Source: Acidobacteriota bacterium (GTDB lineage Bacteria > Acidobacteriota > Vicinamibacteria > Vicinamibacterales > 2-12-FULL-66-21). Taken from it: a stretch of 39,755 nucleotides of DNA. The stretch's first letter is position 1; the number at the start of each line of letters is the position of its first letter. The notes under the pieces are model-generated. The model saw nothing but the letters and a program-made list of their open reading frames with translations, was not told the origin of the DNA and did not search any database. The DNA lies in contig JANNHC010000007.1 in assembly GCA_031404215.1 (NCBI GenBank), positions 1 to 39,755 of the forward strand, given 5' to 3'. The translations under genes were made by a program, and so were the position numbers. Of the stretch, positions 27,701 through 36,140 are shown piece by piece.

Positions 27701-28565
27701 GACGCACGCCGGGCGCCCGATCGCGTGCCACGACGATCGGGATCAGCCGTCGTTCTCGCGCGTCGACGTTGGCGGCGGCGGGATCAATCGGTTCAATGGC
27801 GAAGTATCCACTGTCCTCTGCGACTGTCTCGAGTATCGTCTCGTCGCCAACGTGGGTCGCCCCCAGCGTCCGGGCCGAGAAACGCACGCGCCACTCTCCC
27901 GAGTCACCGGCCAGCGTGAGGCGCACCCTGCTGCCTTCCAGGGCCTCGATGCGATCCGGATCGTGGAGCTGCTGCGCGGGCTTCCCGGTATAAGACGGGG
28001 GCGTGACGGTCACCGTGACACGCACGGGCGCTGATGCGGCCACCTTCCCCGCATTCGACACGCCGGTGACCACGTCCCGCACGATCTGCGAGGCGCTTCG
28101 TCCGGGATCGGTCAACAGCGCCGCCACCACACCCACGGCCGTCGCGAAGGCCGCCATTGGCCCGAGGAGCGGAACTATCTTCGCCGCACGGGCGACACTC
28201 ACCCGGCTGGCCGCATCATCCAGCACGCGCACGCGCATCCACGGGGCCGTCCGCTCCGGATGCCGCAGCAACTCTTCGGCGGTCACCACGACGTTCCGGC
28301 TTTCGGGAAACGACCGCTCGATCCGCTTCGCCGCAGCCGCCGCCGTGCGCCTGGAGCGAGCGCTCCAGAACACGGCGGCGGCGGCAACAAGCGCGGCCCC
28401 CGAGGTCATCGCCAGCCTCCCGGCGATCGCGCCGGCCGCGACGCCAATCAGCACGATGGTCGAAAACATGAGCGCCTGTTCCGCTCTCAGGCGCCAGACC
28501 AGCCGCGTCAACGCCGCCGCAACAGCAGGGTTGTCGGGCGGGAGTTCAGCGGAACTACGCCGCAT
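24783..28565 (-). CDS. Continuous ORF with two modules: a DUF4175-like membrane protein (N-terminal half) and a signal-peptide-bearing GATase1-like/ThuA-like membrane-anchored protein (C-terminal half)
   Basis: Lies in a Bat-like operon after MoxR, DUF58 and BatA_N. The N-module has TM helices and SQQMIVLKIQRLRARE. The C-module begins at ATG 26510 (MTRALRAVALLIAVAGV...) and ends in a TM helix, WWVVPFAGALCLEW. I prefer start ATG 28565 over 28610. See the finding on the seam. Confidence 0.65.
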   Translation of the reverse strand: MRRSSAELPPDNPAVAAALTRLVWRLRAEQALMFSTIVLIGVAAGAIAGRLAMTSGAALVAAAAVFWSARSRRTAAAAAKRIERSFPESRNVVVTAEELLRHPERTAPWMRVRVLDDAASRVSVARAAKIVPLLGPMAAFATAVGVVAALLTDPGRSASQIVRDVVTGVSNAGKVAASAPVRVTVTVTPPSYTGKPAQQLHDPDRIEALEGSRVRLTLAGDSGEWRVRFSARTLGATHVGDETILETVAEDSGYFAIEPIDPAAANVDARERRLIPIVVARDRAPGVRLETPARDLVMPDATVNVPVIAAASDDFGLHALEIRYTKVSGTGEQIEFEEGALPVTLTRDSSVAWKASGRIALASLGLGPGDALVYRAVARDGRPGDAGLATSDSFFIEIAGPGQVALEGFEMPPDQERYALSQQMIVLKIQRLRARERMLAAGARNEATVSIAAEQRAVRANFIFLMGGHVEDEEAEAEQSHEIQEGRLQNTARNEVNAAIVYMSRAEQALLAVNTDRALAAARAAVEALQRAFGRNRYLLRTMPVRSRVDPSRRLTGELAGAGDWRRDLETPSVDRETRAARILLSRMLDVASVTRAGRTLDVSVFASMAEQALAIDPADPVWQDVAKRVEDALRRGVRWRRRHGAVQGGRTRDRACPTWRPHGAAVGHAIAQGSGRRLGEGVSAMTRALRAVALLIAVAGVIDPAIAVDRPHPVRVEFRAGPSPWTRSVRDRLIRDLGASIAAADGEPPDAVVLVDSRDSLTVPDAASVSIVARVPPGARNVRLIRAVSPGTVLVGQEAVFSAEFEAIGMAGQSSAIALEQHAVPLAATEHRWTSPRERFTASLPYVPPMAGISRMTLRARPLAGEATDEDNAADVPLVASARTLRVAVYEPRPSWAAGFVRRALESDPVFVTSSLVRPSRGPVVTAGPRLRSLSSGVLASFDAILIGAPEDLSGAEVAALTTFCEVRGGAVVFLPDRRPSGPYAQVVSLSGFEELLIEKPVALTGGGPVGVSASEFSVPRGLGPGADVVASLSQPSARPVIVSLPRGRGRVVFSGALDAWRFRAAGADEAAFARFWTGIVANLASSSPARLSISVDPAVAAPGDRLIVRVTVDSFAARGEGPGVSASLVAADGSEQFVRLWPLAEAGVFEGEAVASWAGEYDARATAGGDMADTPMIVADDVRHPPAYDEDDWRVIAAATGGVVVDATDLAPLQRHLRGLARREAPRTIHPMRSGWWVVPFAGALCLEWAVRRRRGAR

Positions 28566-29874
28566 CCGCGCACCCCTCCTGACGCGACACGTTGCGCTCG
28601 CGGCGCACAACCACCTCGAACGCCAGCAGCACGATTACGAGCGCCCAGCACCAACGAGAATCCGCCACTTGTCCAGGACCTGGCACATAGGTCTTCAACG
28701 GCGAGGGTGACCGCGTCAGCGCGGTGAGATCCGCGCCGGGCATGCTTCGGACTTCGTGCTCGGGCCGCGCCGTTGAACTCTGCCGTGCGATGAGTGCGCC
28801 CCGGACGACGGCCGCCGATGCAAACGCGGACGGCGGAGCGGCCACATCGATGAGCAGCGCGGGGCCAGCGGCGGCTGCGCGCACGATCGCCTGCCCCTTC
28901 CGATCGCGGCGCAGCACGTGCCAGGGAGCGTCGCCCGACTGCCGCGCGACGGCCTCTGACGCCGCGCATGCGGTCGCAAGCTCCACGTCCGCTTTCATGC
29001 GCACCGCGGTCTCGATCATCCATCGTGTGTCGAGCGCACGCACGACCTGCGCAGGCGCGCCGGCGAACACGACGGCCAGGGGTTCCGCCGGCGAGGGTGC
29101 GGGAGTTCCCGCAGCCGCGAGGGCGCGCTGGAGCGCCCGAATGGCTCCCGCGTCCGCGGGGCCGGCGAGCAGCAAGAGGCCGGCGGCCTCAGGCTGTGCA
29201 ACGCGCGCGCGAAGGCCCGTCGCGTTCTGGGACAGCGTGTAATCCCGCCGTGCGGACGCGCCAACTCCCAGGAGATCCGGACCGGTCACGAGCCGCTCGG
29301 ATTGGCCGCTACCGATCTGGACGAAGCGAATTCCCGTTCCGTCCGGCACGGTGCCAAGGACTGCGCGCCGGAGCGCGCCCCACTGAAAGTCGGAGATTAC
29401 GACGATCTCGCGCAGCGCGGGCGGAGCGGTTTCCAGCGCCGCCACAGCCCGACTCAATCCGTTTTCGAGATGGTCAGCCTCGATGCGAAAAGCAAACGAC
29501 GCGGACCGCGCCTCGCCGTCCGCGAAATCCGAGGCGGCCGATGCCATGGGCTTCATGCTCTCGCTGACGTCCAGCACGATGGCCCGGGCGAGCCGCGTAT
29601 TCCATCGCGCTATCCGTGCCGGCGCCAGCAGGAGCGGTTGCGCAAGCGCGATCACCGCCAGCGCGACAATCGCCAGACGCAGCAGGAGCAGCAGGAGCAG
29701 CAGGAGGTCGGACGGCACGCGCACACGCACCGCGGCGGTTCGCGACGTGCGCACGAAGCGGAGGCTGGGAAACGGCACCCGCCTGGCGCGGTGGCGCAGC
29801 AGCAGATGCACGAGGAGTGGTCCAGCAAGCAGCAGCAGCCCGGCAAAGGCGGCCGGATGCATAAACGCCATCAC
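28555..29874 (-). CDS. BatA-type protein (aerotolerance-regulator N-terminal double-TM domain plus degenerate VWA-like region)
   Basis: N-terminus FMHPAAFAGLLLLAGPLLVHLLLRHRARRVPFPSLRFV, and the MIDAS-like VLDVSESM. Confidence 0.8.
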   Translation of the reverse strand: MMAFMHPAAFAGLLLLAGPLLVHLLLRHRARRVPFPSLRFVRTSRTAAVRVRVPSDLLLLLLLLLRLAIVALAVIALAQPLLLAPARIARWNTRLARAIVLDVSESMKPMASAASDFADGEARSASFAFRIEADHLENGLSRAVAALETAPPALREIVVISDFQWGALRRAVLGTVPDGTGIRFVQIGSGQSERLVTGPDLLGVGASARRDYTLSQNATGLRARVAQPEAAGLLLLAGPADAGAIRALQRALAAAGTPAPSPAEPLAVVFAGAPAQVVRALDTRWMIETAVRMKADVELATACAASEAVARQSGDAPWHVLRRDRKGQAIVRAAAAGPALLIDVAAPPSAFASAAVVRGALIARQSSTARPEHEVRSMPGADLTALTRSPSPLKTYVPGPGQVADSRWCWALVIVLLAFEVVVRRERNVSRQEGCADAA

Positions 29875-30755
29875 CGCGCCGCCCTTGCGCGTCGCTTGAG
29901 GAGGTATCCCCGCAGCACTGCGTCAAGCGGGGCGTCGGTCAGGGCACGGATGTAGTCAATCCCGCGGGAGGCGCACCGCGACCGCCATCGCTCGAGGAAG
30001 TCCTCCATGTCGCGGCGGTAGGTTGAAGCCATCGACCGTGGGTTTGCCACAATCGAGTGCGTGGTTTCGAGATCCTCGAACTCCACATCCCCGGCGAAGG
30101 GGAACTCGACTTCGTCGCGGGTGAGGACGTGAAAGACGGCGACTTCGTGGCCGATGCGCGCGGCACGCTTCAACTCGCGTTCGACCGCATCGTCTTCGTC
30201 GTAGAGATCGGAGATGACCACCAGCAACCCGCGGCGCTGGAGCCAATCGATCGCTCGGGCGAGAGACGGGGCGGCGGCAGTCGCTCCGGAGGCCTCGAGC
30301 CTGGTCAATCCAATCAACAACGCACGCAGGTGCGTCGCCCCCGTGCGGCTGGGAATGTACTGACGGATCTGCGCGCCGTACACCACGCTACCGACGGCGT
30401 CACCCTGACCGGACATCAGATGGGCGAGCGCCGCAGCCAGCAGTCGCGCGTACACGATCTTCGAGACTCCCGTCCGTCCGCGGTACGCCATGGACCCGCT
30501 CGCGTCGACGGCAATCTGCGCCACCATGTTGGTGGTCTCGCGGTATTGCTTCGTGTAGAGGCGATCGGTCCGGGCGAAGAGCTTCCAGTCGATGTACTTG
30601 AAATCGTCGCCCTGGCGATAGTGACGATACTGGTTGAACTCGGCGCTATATCCGTGAAAGGGACTTCGGTGAAGGCCGGAGATTGTTCCGTCCACCGTCA
30701 CTCGCGCCACGAGTTCGAGATCGCCGATGGCCGAGAGCAGCACGGGGTCGAGCAT
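29871..30755 (-). CDS. DUF58 domain-containing protein (VWA-like, MoxR partner)
   Basis: GLHRSPFHGYSAEFNQYRHYRQGDDFKYIDWKLFARTDRLYTKQY and VDASGSM. ATG 30755 is preferred. The track start 30887 overlaps moxR by 38 nt and runs through a low-complexity spacer. Confidence 0.82.
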   Translation of the reverse strand: MLDPVLLSAIGDLELVARVTVDGTISGLHRSPFHGYSAEFNQYRHYRQGDDFKYIDWKLFARTDRLYTKQYRETTNMVAQIAVDASGSMAYRGRTGVSKIVYARLLAAALAHLMSGQGDAVGSVVYGAQIRQYIPSRTGATHLRALLIGLTRLEASGATAAAPSLARAIDWLQRRGLLVVISDLYDEDDAVERELKRAARIGHEVAVFHVLTRDEVEFPFAGDVEFEDLETTHSIVANPRSMASTYRRDMEDFLERWRSRCASRGIDYIRALTDAPLDAVLRGYLLKRRARAAR

Positions 30756-30849
30756 GTGAACTGGAATTGTTGATTGTTGATTGCTGATGGCTTGTCGTCC
30801 CAATCGCCGCACGGCACTCTGCGGCGGCTCGATCAGTGGTGCGTCGGCA

Positions 30850-31881
30850 TCAGCGATTCGGCACCGCTTCGAGCAGACGCGTGACAATCTGATCGGTGTC
30901 GATCCCGTCCGCTTCCGCCTGGAAATTCAACAGGATCCGATGGCGCAGCACGGGGAGCGCCACGGCCGCCACGTCATCGGGAGCGGCCACGCTGCGTCCC
31001 TCCAGCAGCGCGCGGGCCTTGGCGCCGAGCAGCAGCGCCTGCCCGGCCCGCGGTCCGGCGCCCCAGCGCACCCAGGTCCGCACGAACTCGGGGACGGGGT
31101 CCCCCGCGGGGGCCGAGGGTCGCGTCGCTCGCACGAGCCGCGCGGCAAAGTCGATCACGTTCTCCGCCGCGGGCACCTCGCGCACGACCGAGTGCAGCTG
31201 TTCGATTTCCTCGCCAGACGCCACGATGCTCACCGCAGGGTCCGCATTTCCGGTCGTCAGCGACAGGATGCGCCGCTCCTCTTCCGCCGAGGGATAGTCG
31301 ATGACGACGTTGAACATGAACCGATCGAGCTGGGCTTCCGGCAGCGGGTAGGTGCCTTCCTGTTCGATGGGATTCTGGGTGGCCAGCACGAACAGCGGGC
31401 GCTCGAGGTCGAACCGGACGCCGTTGACCGTCACCTGGTATTCCTGCATCGCCTCGAGGAGCGCGGCCTGCGTCTTGGGGGGCGTCCGATTGATCTCGTC
31501 GGCGAGAATGATGTTCGCGAAGATCGGACCCCGGATGAAGCGGATGACGCGCTTCCCCGTCGCGCGATCCTCTTCGATGACCTCCGCGCCGAGAATGTCC
31601 GACGGCATCAGGTCGGGCGTGAACTGGATCCGGTTGAAACGTAAATCAACCGCTTCGGCGAGCCTCTTGATCAACAACGTCTTCGCCAGGCCCGGCACGC
31701 CTCGCAGCAGACAATGGCCCCCCGCGACAAACGCGATCAGAATCTCCCGTATCACCCGGTGCTGACCGACGATCGCCTTGCCAAGCTCGCGTTCAAGGCG
31801 TCCCGCGACGTCGGCGACACGCTCCAGCGCGATCGGCTCGATGACGTTCCGCTCGGTCACGTGCAGATCGCGCTCGGGCAT
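30850..31881 (-). CDS. MoxR-family AAA+ ATPase
   Basis: GHCLLRGVPGLAKTLLIKRLAEAVDLRFNRIQFTPDLMPSDILG and ILADEINRTPPKTQAALLEAMQE. The start is ambiguous: ATG 31881 or GTG 31902. Confidence 0.9.
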   Translation of the reverse strand: MPERDLHVTERNVIEPIALERVADVAGRLERELGKAIVGQHRVIREILIAFVAGGHCLLRGVPGLAKTLLIKRLAEAVDLRFNRIQFTPDLMPSDILGAEVIEEDRATGKRVIRFIRGPIFANIILADEINRTPPKTQAALLEAMQEYQVTVNGVRFDLERPLFVLATQNPIEQEGTYPLPEAQLDRFMFNVVIDYPSAEEERRILSLTTGNADPAVSIVASGEEIEQLHSVVREVPAAENVIDFAARLVRATRPSAPAGDPVPEFVRTWVRWGAGPRAGQALLLGAKARALLEGRSVAAPDDVAAVALPVLRHRILLNFQAEADGIDTDQIVTRLLEAVPNR

Positions 31882-31968
31882 TGGCGGAAGTGTACCACGC
31901 ACGTGGCTCGCCGCTGGGCGGTTCGCGCCGGGGGACGGAGGATGGGATGGGCTCGCTGTCAGGGTTGT

Positions 31969-31997
31969 TTGACACCCCTGGCACCGAGGAGTAGCGT
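31969..31997 (+). promoter_or_regulatory. Candidate sigma70-type promoter for murQ
   Basis: TTGACA (31969-31974), a 17-nt spacer, then TAGCGT (31992-31997). Confidence 0.3.
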
Positions 31998-32053
31998 AAG
32001 CGGTTGCACATACGCGCGCAGGCGCGGGGGAATCACACGGACGGGTCTATTTC

Positions 32054-33019
32054 ATGCCGACGCAATCGAAGTGGGAATCGCTTCCGACCGAAGCCATCAA
32101 TCCAGTCAGTCTCTCCGTCGACAGGGCCCCCGTTCCCGACATCATCGAGATGATAGTCAACGAGGACCGCAAGGTCGTCGCGGCCGTCCACAAAGAAAAG
32201 CAGCGCATCGCGCACGGTGTCGAGATCATCACCCAGTCCCTCCGCAAAGGCGGGCGCGTGATCTTCGTCGGCGCCGGCACGAGCGGTCGGCTCGGCGTGG
32301 TGGAGGCATCGGAGATGCCTCCCACGTTCGGCACGAGCCCGACGCTGGTGCAGGCCATCATGGCTGGCGGCCAGGAAGCGGTCTTCCGCGCCAAGGAAGG
32401 CGTCGAGGACAACTACGAGGAAGGCGCCCGCAGCATCGCGCGGCTCAGGCTCAGCAAGAAAGACCTCGTGATCGGGCTCTCGGCGAGCGGCCTGACGCCG
32501 TTCGTGCGCGGGGGACTCACGCGCGCCAGGAAGGCGGGGGCGAAAATCATCTTCGTCACGTGCTGGCCGGGATCGGAGCTGCAGAATTTCGTGGACCTCC
32601 AAATCGCCCCGGCGGTCGGGCCGGAAATCATCGCCGGGTCCACGCGTCTCAAGGCCGGCACCGCGACCAAGATGGTGCTGAACATGCTCACCACGATCGC
32701 GATGATCAAGCTGGGCAAGACGTACGGCAACCTGATGGTGGACGTGCAGACCGGCTCGGAAAAGCTGAAAGACCGCGCCCGCCGGATTCTCGTCCTCGTA
32801 TCGGGGATCGACTACGACGCGGCCGACGCGCTGCTGAAGCGGGCGAAATGGAACGTCAAGGCCGCGATCATCATGCAGCGCGCGGACCTGTCGCTCCCGC
32901 AGGCGCTCCGCCGGCTGAAGAAAGCGCACGATTCGGTGCGCGAAGCCATCGGCGAAGACGACGATGCCCGCCTCAGGGAGCTGCTCGGAGCTTCTCAGCC
33001 GCCGGCTCGTCCAGCATGA
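32054..33019 (+). CDS. murQ: N-acetylmuramic acid 6-phosphate etherase
   Basis: SIS domain GRVIFVGAGTSGRLGVVEASEMPPTFG...IGLSASGLTPFV...GSTRLKAGTATKMVLNMLTT. Confidence 0.92.
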   Translation: MPTQSKWESLPTEAINPVSLSVDRAPVPDIIEMIVNEDRKVVAAVHKEKQRIAHGVEIITQSLRKGGRVIFVGAGTSGRLGVVEASEMPPTFGTSPTLVQAIMAGGQEAVFRAKEGVEDNYEEGARSIARLRLSKKDLVIGLSASGLTPFVRGGLTRARKAGAKIIFVTCWPGSELQNFVDLQIAPAVGPEIIAGSTRLKAGTATKMVLNMLTTIAMIKLGKTYGNLMVDVQTGSEKLKDRARRILVLVSGIDYDAADALLKRAKWNVKAAIIMQRADLSLPQALRRLKKAHDSVREAIGEDDDARLRELLGASQPPARPA

Positions 33020-33758
33020 CGTCCACGTCGTCGTGAAGCTGCAGGAACGACGCGGGTAACTCCGTGGTCAGCGGCCCGTGGACGACTCGCTCGACGCACG
33101 TGGCCTTGGATCGCCCCGTCGCGAGCAGCACGATCGCTCGCGAGTGGAGGATCGTCGCCATTCCCATCGACAACGCCTCGGGCGGCACCTTGGAGGCGTC
33201 CCCGTCGAAGAGCGCCGCGTTGCTGCGGCGCGTCTCGGGCTTGAGCGTTACGCGATGCGTGCGCGATTCGAGCGTCGGCGCCGGCTCGTTGAAGCCGATG
33301 TGCCCATTCGTGCCGATGCCCAGCACCTGCAGATCGATGCCGCCGGCCGCCGCGATTTCCCGTTCGTAGCGGAGACATTCCTCGTCTGGATCGCCGGCAC
33401 TGCCGTCGAGAAAATGACGGTTTTCCGGCTTGACGTTCACCCGGCTGAACAGGTGCTGCTCCATGAAACTCCGGTAGCTGCCCGGATGGGACGACGGAAT
33501 GCCGAGGAACTCGTCGAGGTTGAAGGTCGTGACGCGGGAAAAATCGGCACCCGCCCGGTGCAGCGCGCCCAGTTCGCGATAAAGGGCCAGCGGTGTCCGG
33601 CCGGTCGGGAGGCCGAGGACGAGCCGTGGGGCCGACGCGACGAGAACGGCAATGCGGCGCGCGAGCGCGGCGGCGACCGCGTGGTCGTTGGCAAAGACGG
33701 TCACGCGAGGACTGCGCCGCGTGCTGATGGACATTCCTTCCGGACTATCGACAGGCAT
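32973..33758 (-). CDS. nagB: Glucosamine-6-phosphate deaminase
   Basis: LGLPTGRTPLALYREL, FNLDEF, LGIGTNGHIGFNEP. The 3' end overlaps the murQ 3' end by 47 nt (convergent genes). Confidence 0.9.
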   Translation of the reverse strand: MPVDSPEGMSISTRRSPRVTVFANDHAVAAALARRIAVLVASAPRLVLGLPTGRTPLALYRELGALHRAGADFSRVTTFNLDEFLGIPSSHPGSYRSFMEQHLFSRVNVKPENRHFLDGSAGDPDEECLRYEREIAAAGGIDLQVLGIGTNGHIGFNEPAPTLESRTHRVTLKPETRRSNAALFDGDASKVPPEALSMGMATILHSRAIVLLATGRSKATCVERVVHGPLTTELPASFLQLHDDVDVMLDEPAAEKLRAAP

Positions 33759-34702
33759 CAGTCCAGTTTATAGGCAGGGATTGCCGCGCCGCCATGCGCT
33801 TCCTGCAGCGCGAGCGCGACGGCGCCGGTCGCGGGTTCCCGATCGAGCAGGCGGACGTGGCTGCCCGGGACCGCGACGGGCAGGCGCCGGGTTAGCTCCT
33901 CCTCGAGCCAGGGCACCGCGCGGAAGATGCCGCCGGCAAGAATGAACACGAACGGCTCGCCGACGAGCTCCAGCCGGCGCGCCACGGCAAGCGCGGAAGA
34001 CTCGAGCTCGTTCGCCGCGCCGCGAAGAATGCCGGTCGCCACGGGATCGCCCAGGGAGAATGCGGCCTGCACGCACGTCGCGAGGCCTCCGATCGCCGCC
34101 GGCTTCAGATTGGTGTTGTAGACCTCGTGAATGAGCCCCGAGGCCTGCGCCACGCCGAAATGTTTCAGCAGCATCGCCGTCAGCGGCGTCGCGGGTCCTC
34201 GCTTGTCCGCTTCCCGCAGCACGGCGCGCAGCGCACCGCGTCCGATCCAGTACCCGCTCCCCTCGTCGCCGAGCACATATCCCCAACCGCCCGAGCGGGC
34301 GGCCTCGCCTTTTGCGTTCCGGCCGTACGCGATGGATCCCGTGCCCGAGATGACCACGATACCCGGCTGGCCAGGGGCGCCAGCCTCGAGCGCCACCAGC
34401 GCATCGTTGACCACGACGACGCGGGCCTGGTAACCGATGCGGCGCATGATCGCGCGGACGACCACGGAGTCGTTCGGGCGATCGACTCCCGCGATGCCGA
34501 GGCAGATGGCGGACGGAACAATCCCGCGATCGCCGATCGCCTCCTCCATGACTTCGAAGAGGACCTTCTCGACCTCGAGTTCTCCGACGGCCTGCAGGTT
34601 CGCGCCGCTCCGCCGCGCTTCGGCGATCAGGCGTCCCTGATCGTCGGCGAGCAGGCACACGGTCTTCGTCCCGCCCGCGTCGATACCGAGCACATGAAAC
34701 AT
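33758..34702 (-). CDS. BadF/BadG/BcrA/BcrD-type ATPase (N-acetylglucosamine kinase-like)
   Basis: MFHVLGIDAGGTKTVCLLAD...ISGTGSIAYG...GGWGYVLGDEGSGYWIG. Its stop overlaps the nagB start (TGATG). Confidence 0.85.
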   Translation of the reverse strand: MFHVLGIDAGGTKTVCLLADDQGRLIAEARRSGANLQAVGELEVEKVLFEVMEEAIGDRGIVPSAICLGIAGVDRPNDSVVVRAIMRRIGYQARVVVVNDALVALEAGAPGQPGIVVISGTGSIAYGRNAKGEAARSGGWGYVLGDEGSGYWIGRGALRAVLREADKRGPATPLTAMLLKHFGVAQASGLIHEVYNTNLKPAAIGGLATCVQAAFSLGDPVATGILRGAANELESSALAVARRLELVGEPFVFILAGGIFRAVPWLEEELTRRLPVAVPGSHVRLLDREPATGAVALALQEAHGGAAIPAYKLD

Positions 34703-34767
34703 GAAGGGGTGGGCCGAACTCTAAACGTCGGTGCGGCATAAAGTCAAACGAATGGCGGCGGTTCGCG

Positions 34768-34797
34768 TTGACATCGCGCGCGGCAAGCTGTTACATT
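34768..34797 (+). promoter_or_regulatory. Candidate sigma70-type promoter for the GHL10/symporter/hydrolase genes
   Basis: TTGACA (34768-34773), a 17-nt spacer, then TTACAT/TACATT (34791-34797). Confidence 0.45.
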
Positions 34798-34807
34798 CGG
34801 GCACTTT

Positions 34808-36118
34808 ATGAGGTTCGTCGGACGTGGCCGAGGCGCGCGCGCCGCCCTGGCGCTCGCTCTCGCAGCCGGCGTGTGTTTCTCCTTCGCGTCATCTGCAACT
34901 CCCAATACTTCTGTGGATCGGTCCTTCGCATCGGCGCAAGCCGCGAAGGCGGAGACGCGCGCGCTGTGGGTGTTGCGCACGTCGCTCGCGACCCCCGAGT
35001 CCATCGCGACGCTCGTGCGGTCCGCGCGCGACCATGGATTCAACACGCTACTCGTCCAGGTCCGCGGGCGCGGCGACGCCTACTACCTCGGCGGCGTCGA
35101 GCCGCGTGCGGCGGACCTCGTCCGGCAGCCGGCCACGTTCGATCCGCTGGCGTCGGTGCTGGAGGCGGGACATGCCGCCGGCCTGCGCGTGCATGCGTGG
35201 GTCAACGTCAACCTGATCTCGAGCGCGGTCGATCTTCCCGCCGCGCGCGAGCACGTCGTGTACCGCCATGCCGCATGGCTCATGGTGCCGCGCGACATCG
35301 CGCAGGGCCTGGCCGCGATCGAGCCCGACAGCCCGGCCTATGTCGGCACGATCGCTCGGTGGACGCGCGCGCAGCCGAACGAAATCGAAGGCCTCTATAC
35401 CTCGCCGATCATCGCCGAAGCGGCGGCCTACACCGAGTCGATCGTGCGCGACCTCTCGCACCGCTACGCGCTCGACGGCGTCCATCTCGATTACGCGCGC
35501 TACCCGACCGACCGGTTCGACTACAGCCGGCCGGCGATTCGCGAGTTCCGGACGTCCGTTCGTGGAGGCCTTCCGGAGGCCACCAGACGGGCCCTCGATC
35601 GCGAGGAAACGGACGACCTGTTCGCCTATCCCGACGCGCTGCCCGGCCAGTGGCGCAGCTTCCGCATCGCGCGGATGACGGCGCTGATGAGCCGCCTGCA
35701 CGCCGCCGTCAAGCGCGAGCGCCCGCGGGCGCTCGTGACCGTGGCCGTCGCGCCCGACAGGCGGGAGGCCTACCAGCACCGGCTGCAGGATTGGGGCGCG
35801 TGGCTGGCCGCCGGGCTCGTCGATGCCGTCTGTCCGATGGCCTACACGACCGAACCGGCGCGATTCGCCGACCAGATTGCAGCCGCCCGCGAGGCGGCCG
35901 GCACCCGCGCGGTCTGGGCCGGCATCGGTGCGTACCGGCTGTCTCCCGGCGAGACCATCGAACACATTCAAACCGCGCGACGTCTCGGCGCGGAGGGCGT
36001 GATCCTGTTCTCGTACGACAGCCTGGTCAACCCGCGGCAGACCTCGCCGGACTATCTGTCCGTCATAGGGCGCGCCGCATTCACGGCGACGCAGCCCGTG
36101 TCCTCCGGGTCGCGCTGA
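34808..36118 (+). CDS. Glycoside-hydrolase-like GHL10 (DUF187/YngK-like) secreted protein
   Basis: Signal peptide, then ETRALWVLRTSLATPESIATLVRSARDHGFNTLLVQVRGRGDAYY...GLRVHAWVN...DGVHLDYARYP. Confidence 0.78.
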   Translation: MRFVGRGRGARAALALALAAGVCFSFASSATPNTSVDRSFASAQAAKAETRALWVLRTSLATPESIATLVRSARDHGFNTLLVQVRGRGDAYYLGGVEPRAADLVRQPATFDPLASVLEAGHAAGLRVHAWVNVNLISSAVDLPAAREHVVYRHAAWLMVPRDIAQGLAAIEPDSPAYVGTIARWTRAQPNEIEGLYTSPIIAEAAAYTESIVRDLSHRYALDGVHLDYARYPTDRFDYSRPAIREFRTSVRGGLPEATRRALDREETDDLFAYPDALPGQWRSFRIARMTALMSRLHAAVKRERPRALVTVAVAPDRREAYQHRLQDWGAWLAAGLVDAVCPMAYTTEPARFADQIAAAREAAGTRAVWAGIGAYRLSPGETIEHIQTARRLGAEGVILFSYDSLVNPRQTSPDYLSVIGRAAFTATQPVSSGSR

Positions 36119-36140
36119 ACGCCGTCCATCCCAGGGACCG

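Noticed and set aside
31977-31997. TGGCAC upstream of murQ as a sigma-54 -24 element. TGGCAC also occurs at about 10997 and at 22175-22198.
   Set aside because: No TTGC[AT] -12 element lies at the required N5 spacing in any case. The sequence is better explained as the spacer of a TTGACA-N17-TAGCGT promoter.
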